Source: Chrysomallon squamiferum
Lineage: Eukaryota; Animalia; Mollusca
NCBI GenBank assembly: GCA_012295275.1
Contig: CM022677.1
Coordinates: 17,236,001-17,300,000, forward strand
DNA: 64,000 bases
Direction: 5' to 3'
Numbering within the stretch: the stretch's first letter is position 1; every line of letters begins with the position of its first letter. Under the pieces are notes generated by a model. That model was not told the origin of the DNA, did no database searches, and was given only the letters and a program-made list of their open reading frames with translations. The position numbers were made by a program, and so were the translations under genes. This document shows positions 57,860 to 64,000 of this stretch, one piece after another.

Positions 57860-58126
57860 CTGAGAAAAAAAATTAAATAAATACAAATAAATGAAAAAAA
57901 AAAAAATTAATTTGTTAATTAATACTTCAGTTAATGTTTCAGTTAATGGATGAATTGATTAACATTTTGATAAATAAATTAATTAATTAATAAATGAATT
58001 AGCCAGTTAATTAATTAGTCAATTAATAGATTAATTAAATAACATTTTGATAAATAAATAAATAAATTAATTAATTAATTAATTATTTTTGATAAATCTG
58101 AACTACAGTCTCAATCAGAAAAAGAT

Positions 58127-58199
<73 letters not shown>

Positions 58200-58354
58200 T
58201 ACAAATAATAATATACAATAACAACAATAATAATAATTACAATTAAAAAATAAAAAAATATCAAAAAAAATTTTCCTCATCACCATCATTAACATCATCA
58301 CATCATCATTACCTGACAACAAACAACAACAGTAATAATAATAATAATAATAAC

Positions 58355-58461
<107 letters not shown>

Positions 58462-58621
58462 CAACAATAATAATAATAATAATAATAAAAACGAAAAAAA
58501 AAGTCAAAAAATAATCATCCTCCTCCTCATCACCACCATCATCATCATCATCATTACCTGCCAAACAATTTTAATTAAAAAAAAAATAAAATAAAATAAA
58601 CTAACAAAAGAGAATGATCAC

Positions 58622-58819
58622 CTGGACACTTTGAGTTCACTCTGCAGGTCTTGTTGTATGACCTCATCTCGTGGAAGAATGGACACTCAGTGACTCTGTA
58701 GAACAAGTTGAACGTTCGCACGCACTGCCTGTGTTCTGTCACTCGCTGAACACCTTCGCCGTTGCAGTTGACGCTGCAGCCTGACTCGTGTTGCACCCAG
58801 TCTGTCCAGCCTCCTGATA
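58622..58819 (-). CDS. Exon D (198 nt, phase 1-1); TSP1 repeat 2
   Basis: Acceptor ttgttcag, donor gtgatc. Encodes SGGWTDWVQHESGCSVNCNGEGVQRVTEHRQCVRTFNLFYRVTECPFFHEMRSYNKTCRVNSKCP. Confidence 0.85.
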
Positions 58820-59332
58820 CTGAACAAATAATAAAACATTTTAATAGTGTACCAGACACACTCAGACAGACACACACACATGTACATACACACTTGTACA
58901 CAAGACACACAACACATGTACACTCACATACACCCATACAAACACAGACACACATACTCTAATACACACCACATACATGTACCACACATACACACTCACA
59001 AACACACACACCCACACACACACACCCATACACGAACAAACACCAAACATACACATACCATATACACACATGTAAACACAACACACACTCATGTACACAC
59101 AACAAACACAATAAACATACACACACACATATGTACATACATATACCCACAAAACAGAAACCAAATACAAAGCTTGTAAGTAAAACGTTTTACATTATTC
59201 CACACCAGCACACCTCTCTGTTCATGTACACAACTCCCCCCCTCCCACACACACATCCACATGTAATGAACAAACATGAAAATCATAAATGAAATTATAC
59301 TCAATCAGGGACATTTTCGCGAAAAGATAAAA

Positions 59333-59482
59333 GAATTTCCAGCTCAAAAATTTTGGTTCTAAGATTTCAAAACAAACTTCTGCTCTATTTAGAAAAGAAA
59401 AATATCGAATTTCCAGCTCAAAAATTTTGTTTCTATGATTTCACAACAAACTTCTGCTCGATTTAAAAAAAGAAAAAATATC
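59333..59482. repeat. 74-bp tandem duplication (intronic)
   Basis: GAATTTCCAGCTCAAAAATTTTG... starts at 59333 and 59407. Confidence 0.9.
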
Positions 59483-60010
59483 ATTCTGAAGCAAAAAATC
59501 ATTCAGATAACACTGATTTTAATCCATCTAGCAAACGGGTAAGCCATGAAACAACAGAAATGAAACGATGTGTATTTGATGATGCTTAAGAAGCTACATG
59601 ATGCTGGGTGGGTCAAGGAAATGGTATGTTTGTTCTATCAGGTCAAAACAAAAACAAACAGATCATCTGAAAGAGGAAATGATGCTCTTCATTGTGGTAC
59701 ATCTCACACGCCTGTTTAACACAGCAAATCTGTGACAAGCAAGGACAGCACAGCAATTTTCAACAGACACAAGATTAGGTAATTAATGCCCCATGAAGAC
59801 CAATATTTGCACCTCTACCTTCTCCAGTAGCAGCTCAATGAGTCATTTATCAGCATGAACTGTACAAAATATTCTTGGAACCAACAATGTCAAAGTATTG
59901 CTTAGGCTTGCATTAAAATGAGACATCTCTGAAAGAACACATTCTCTTTCTCTCTCTCTTGCTATGTATATAAATACATAGGTATCACTGTGTGTCACTC
60001 ATAGTGTCTG

Positions 60011-60056
<46 letters not shown>

Positions 60057-60318
60057 ACAGAGAGAGAAAGCATGTCTGTGTATGTAAATGTGTGTGAGAT
60101 AGAGAGAGAGAAAGCATGTCTGTGTGTGTGTGTGTGAGAGAAATTGAGAGAGAAAGCATCTGTGTATATGTGTGTCTGTGTATCTGTGTATGTGTGTGTG
60201 TGTGTATCTGTGTATGTGTGTGTGTGTGTGAGAGAGAGACAGACAGAGAGAAGGCATGTTTGCGTGCATGCAGAATAACACATGCTGAATAACATGGAAG
60301 AGAAATAACAAACAGTAC

Positions 60319-60501
60319 TGTTGCATGGGGAGAAGCAGATCAACTGGACAGTTTCGTTCTGGCCTCTGCACTCCCTGCCTGTCCCTGTCCTAGCTGGCTC
60401 TGCACAGAATCTCTTCCTGTGCCTGGAAATTGAGATGCTGCAGAGGAAGCCACACTTCCAGTCGTTGTCAAGCACTTCCCACTGAGTCCAGCGACCATCA
60501 A
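60319..60501 (-). CDS. Exon C (183 nt, phase 1-1); TSP1 repeat 1 (divergent)
   Basis: Acceptor ttctttcag, weak donor gtactg. Encodes (V)DGRWTQWEVLDNDWKCGFLCSISISRHRKRFCAEPARTGTGRECRGQNETVQLICFSPCN: WxxW, RxRxC-type motif, 6 Cys. Confidence 0.82.
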
Positions 60502-61788
60502 CTGAAAGAAAGTGAAACCGGTGACACGACCATCCAAAGCAAATCTTTATTCTTAATTTTTTCCCTTAATTTTGTTGATTAAGCATTTACATATAAGTCA
60601 TAATAATCAATGATTATTCAAACCGAATGTGATTTCAAATAATACCAGTGCTGTTTCAGTCTGCATATTTCTTAACTGCCAAGTTAGCTTAGCGCTGACA
60701 TCAATCCATTTGTGAAGGTTCCAGAAGTCAAGAAGTTCAACTATTTCTGAAACAAGCTTCTCCTGAATTAGGCAGTTCAAGTGAAATATTGCTATGTTTA
60801 TCTCACAATAGGTTATTAATGTTCTCAGTTTAATCTTATTTTTTAAAAGTGAAAAGCATATTCTATAACAAAAAAAAGAAAAAAAAAAAGGGCATATTCT
60901 ATAAAAAAAATGTATTTTAAGAATTTTAAGTGAACTGATAAAAGATAAATGAGAGTCTTTGCTTAGAATAGTATTATTTTAAACAGTTACAGTCTTTATT
61001 TTTCGGTACTTATTTTAAAGTCTATATCCAGAAAACCAACACATTTAAAATAACAAGACAGCCTCAAAGCCAAGCTTGCTGGATAAATGGTTTGTACACA
61101 TAATCTGTTCTTATACCTTCAAAGCATGTCACTATATTATGACTGGTAAACCTCAATTTCTGTTTTCAACATTATATCAATTTACATAATTTAATTAAAC
61201 TAAAGTATTATTTTTTCCCTGAATAGTAAATTTTATTCTACTTTCAAATCATATCAGCACTATCTTAAATGTACATAATTTTAATTTAAATCAAATTGTC
61301 CTCATTTTCTTTTTGCATGATAAAAAAAAAATCTCATTCAGCACTACTTCATTTTTACATATTTACATGAATCAAAATATTGTTTCTTTTCTCTGTTACT
61401 AAAACACATATTGCTTTCAAATGATACAAGCACAATTTCAATCTATATATTAATGACTCTAAATGCCAAAGGTGGACATATTATTATTATGTATTCCATA
61501 ATTTGATAACCTCATATATCTTTAAAAAACAACTGTTTCAAAATATCATAAGAGACATAATAACACAGCTTATAATAAAACTACATGAATGTGTGTGAGT
61601 GCCATATTACTATTAAATCATCTTTTTTTATTTTCTCTTTATTTGTATATTTATTTGTCTGCATGTCTCTGTGTGTTCTGTACTTAACAGATACAAGATA
61701 ATACACACACATGCCTACATTTTCAGGTGAGTGGGTATGTGTGTGCGTGTGCGTGCAAGTGTGTGTCTGTTTCTGTGTATTTGCTTAC

Positions 61789-61921
61789 CATTGTCTCCAG
61801 TTATTTTCAGGTTTCCCTTTGGCTTACACCCCCCACACATTCCCCCACACGTAGCCTCTATTACATGATCAGATTTCTTCTTAACATCCATGCCAGCATG
61901 ATCGCCAAATACTTCGTAAGA
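61789..61921 (-). CDS. Exon B (133 nt, phase 0-1); C-terminal end of the GON domain
   Basis: Not in the ORF track; translated by hand. Acceptor gttgttag, donor gtaagc. Encodes SYEVFGDHAGMDVKKKSDHVIEATCGGMCGGCKPKGNLKITGDN, containing the GON terminal CGGxCGxC motif, in frame with exon A. Confidence 0.87.
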
Positions 61922-62660
61922 CTAACAACAACAACAACGAAATGAATTCCTTAATGAATTACTAAACAAATAACAAATTAACAAGATAAAATAAAATAAA
62001 ATAAGATAAAATAAAATAAAATAAAATAAGATAAGATAAAATAAGATAAAATAAGAAAATAAAATAAAATAAGATAAAATAAGTAAATAAATAAGTAAAT
62101 AAATAAATAAATAAACTAAACAGATAAAAACATATATATATATATATATATATATATTCACACACATCACGTAAATGAATAAAAATATAAAGATAAAATA
62201 AATAAATAAATAAACTAAACAGATAAAAACATATATATATTCACACACATCACATAAATGAATAAAAATATAAAAATAAAATAAATTAAATAAATTTAAA
62301 AAAAAAAAAAAACACTAATAAATTTTAAATGTTAATTGGCACTTTCAAACAAACATTTGCTGAACAAGCATAACTATTGCTTTATATAAATGTGTGTGCC
62401 TATGTGTGTGTCTGTCTGTGTGTGTGTATAAGTATTAATTTGAATGTTAAACACACACACACACACAGAGACACACACCCACACACACAATAGACACAGA
62501 CACATATACACATATATATATAATTCTGTCTTCATTTTGCTTTCAAATCTTTTTACATATATGCTTACAGACACACACACACACATACACACACACACAA
62601 ATATAAAATATAAAGTTATTATTACATATATAATGACATAAAACAGGAAAAGGGTCTTAC

Positions 62661-62849
62661 ATTCGTAGTGGTGTTTGTATCAAACTGGAAGCCAGTGTTA
62701 CTGAGATCAATTTTAAAGTAGCCATAGGAACGAGAACATTTTTCACTTTGACCTCGGCGCGCATAGCAATCCTTCGCTACACCAAACTGAACAGTTTCTC
62801 CAAACTGATTCCTGTGAAATGTCGTGTCATTAATAACCAGGGCCATTTC
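62661..62849 (-). CDS. Exon A (189 nt, phase 0-0) of a GON-domain/TSP1-repeat protein; central part of the GON domain
   Basis: Acceptor ttttcag, donor gtaaga. Encodes EMALVINDTTFHRNQFGETVQFGVAKDCYARRGQSEKCSRSYGYFKIDLSNTGFQFDTNTTTN, which resembles the GON-domain pattern F..A.DCY...C..G.F.I.L..TG of ADAMTS9/20/GON-1. Confidence 0.85.
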
Positions 62850-62859
62850 CTGAAAATAA

Positions 62860-63300
62860 ATAAACACTTTCATGTAAAACTTGTACCTGAATACAGTTTG
62901 AGAACCAAGACTTCCTTTACTAAAGACAAATTATGGTAAATATGTTCATATAAAAGTTGTATCTGAATTGAGTTTGAAAACCAAGACTTCCTTTTACTGA
63001 AGACAAATTATGGATAAATACATTCATGTAAAAGTTGTACCTGAATACACTTTGAGAACCAAGACTTCCTTTTACTGAAGACAAATTATGGATAAATATA
63101 TTTATATAAAAATTATACCTTAATAGAGTTTGAGAACCAAGACTTCCTTTTACTGAAGACAAATTATGGATAAATATAGTTATATAAAAGTTGTACCTGA
63201 ATAGAGTTTGTAAAACCAAGACTTCCTTTACTGAAGACAAATTATGAATAAATATATTTATATAAGAGTTGTACCTTAAAACATAATTTGAAAACCTACT
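62860..63300. repeat. ~78-bp intronic minisatellite, 5-6 copies
   Basis: GAGAACCAAGACTTCCTTTTACTGAAGACAAATTATGGATAAATA recurs; the ORF track shows a 26-aa period. Confidence 0.9.
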
Positions 63301-63345
63301 AATAACAAATTATAGATAAATAATATAAAATACTGGATAAACATA

Positions 63346-63682
63346 CAGGTACCGGACCAATTATCTAGCCTCCTGAAAGCCAGAAAGACCAGAAAACTGG
63401 AAGTTTTTTTTCTGAAGCTATTTTCATAGTTCGCATGCACTGGTGTTGTCCTAACCAGACTGGAACAACTCTTTCAAGCCGTGTGGCATTCATTCACTCA
63501 CCGCATTGTTTATGTGTTGAATTGCCACACGTGTGTCATCAATTTTCTTTATGTTTTTAATGTTAAAATGTTTATGGCTAATTATTTACCTATTTAGATG
63601 CCTTGGTACCAGAAAACCAGAAAATCAAGAAATCTGGTTTGCCTCAGGCCCCAAGGAGTCTGGATAATTGGTCCGGTACCTT
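63346..63682. mobile_element. Intronic MITE with ~28-bp terminal inverted repeats (Tc1/mariner-pogo-like)
   Basis: Left TA|CAGGTACCGGACCAATTATCTAGCCTCCT; right revcomp AGGTACCGGACCAATTATCCAGACTCCT. Internal CCAGAAAA motifs. The right terminus/TSD is imperfect. Confidence 0.75.
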
Positions 63683-63794
63683 GATTTATACATAAATTGC
63701 AAAATTTGAAAACCAACACATTCTCTACTAAAGACATTCTGTACCAAAGCTATTCTGGACCAAGATATCTCAAACCCAAAACATCCTGTAACCA

Positions 63795-63915
63795 AAACCC
63801 AAGACATCCTTACTCAAGATATCCTTACCCAAAATATCTTTACTCAAGATATCCTTACCCAAAATATCCTTACTCAAGATATCCTTACCCAAGACATCCT
63901 TACTCAAGATACCCT
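63795..63915. repeat. 15-bp tandem repeat (ATATCCTTACYCAAR) with 30-bp dimer structure
   Basis: Direct reading; source of the ILSKD/ILGKD ORF. Confidence 0.9.
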
Positions 63916-64000
63916 GCATGCTCAGGTGAACTGTACACCCACAGAAACCTGCATCCAAGACATCGAATTCTCCCTGTGTGTTGTTTTAGAGATTGCATGT

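Noticed and set aside
61691-61726. Plus-strand 36-nt segment flanked by ttaacag and gtgagt (possible antisense exon)
   Set aside because: Isolated, with no partner exons or meaningful peptide. Such matches arise by chance in 64 kb.
63770-63958. ORF with ILSKD/ILGKD repeats on the gene strand, as a possible upstream exon
   Set aside because: It derives from a 15-bp tandem repeat, has no convincing splice sites, and does not resemble the expected N-terminal part of a GON domain.

Overview
This is AT-rich, very microsatellite-rich eukaryotic (invertebrate animal) genomic DNA. The style resembles cephalopod/mollusc or decapod genomes, but the taxon cannot be fixed from the sequence. Nearly all supplied ORFs are translations of simple repeats. 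I could assemble one real gene: the 3' part of a minus-strand gene (12 coding exons, 62849->53349, all GT-AG introns, phases consistent, 450 aa in the window, 5' end outside the window). It encodes the C-terminal part of a GON domain, five thrombospondin type-1 repeats (one per exon), four tandemly duplicated 18-nt microexons and a 3-residue last coding exon. The spliced tail reads ...CFVCE-GSESEE-GSGSKE-GSGGEE-GSGSEE-GEL*. This gives three acidic E-G-S-G glycosaminoglycan-attachment-type motifs, each on its own skippable in-frame microexon, and a KDEL-like end. The first ~52 kb has no convincing coding exon. It holds CpG-retaining unique islands between SSRs, several minisatellites, a deleted Tigger/pogo DNA transposon, a possible MITE and a ~1.3 kb tandem duplication that preserves a perfect RFX X-box.
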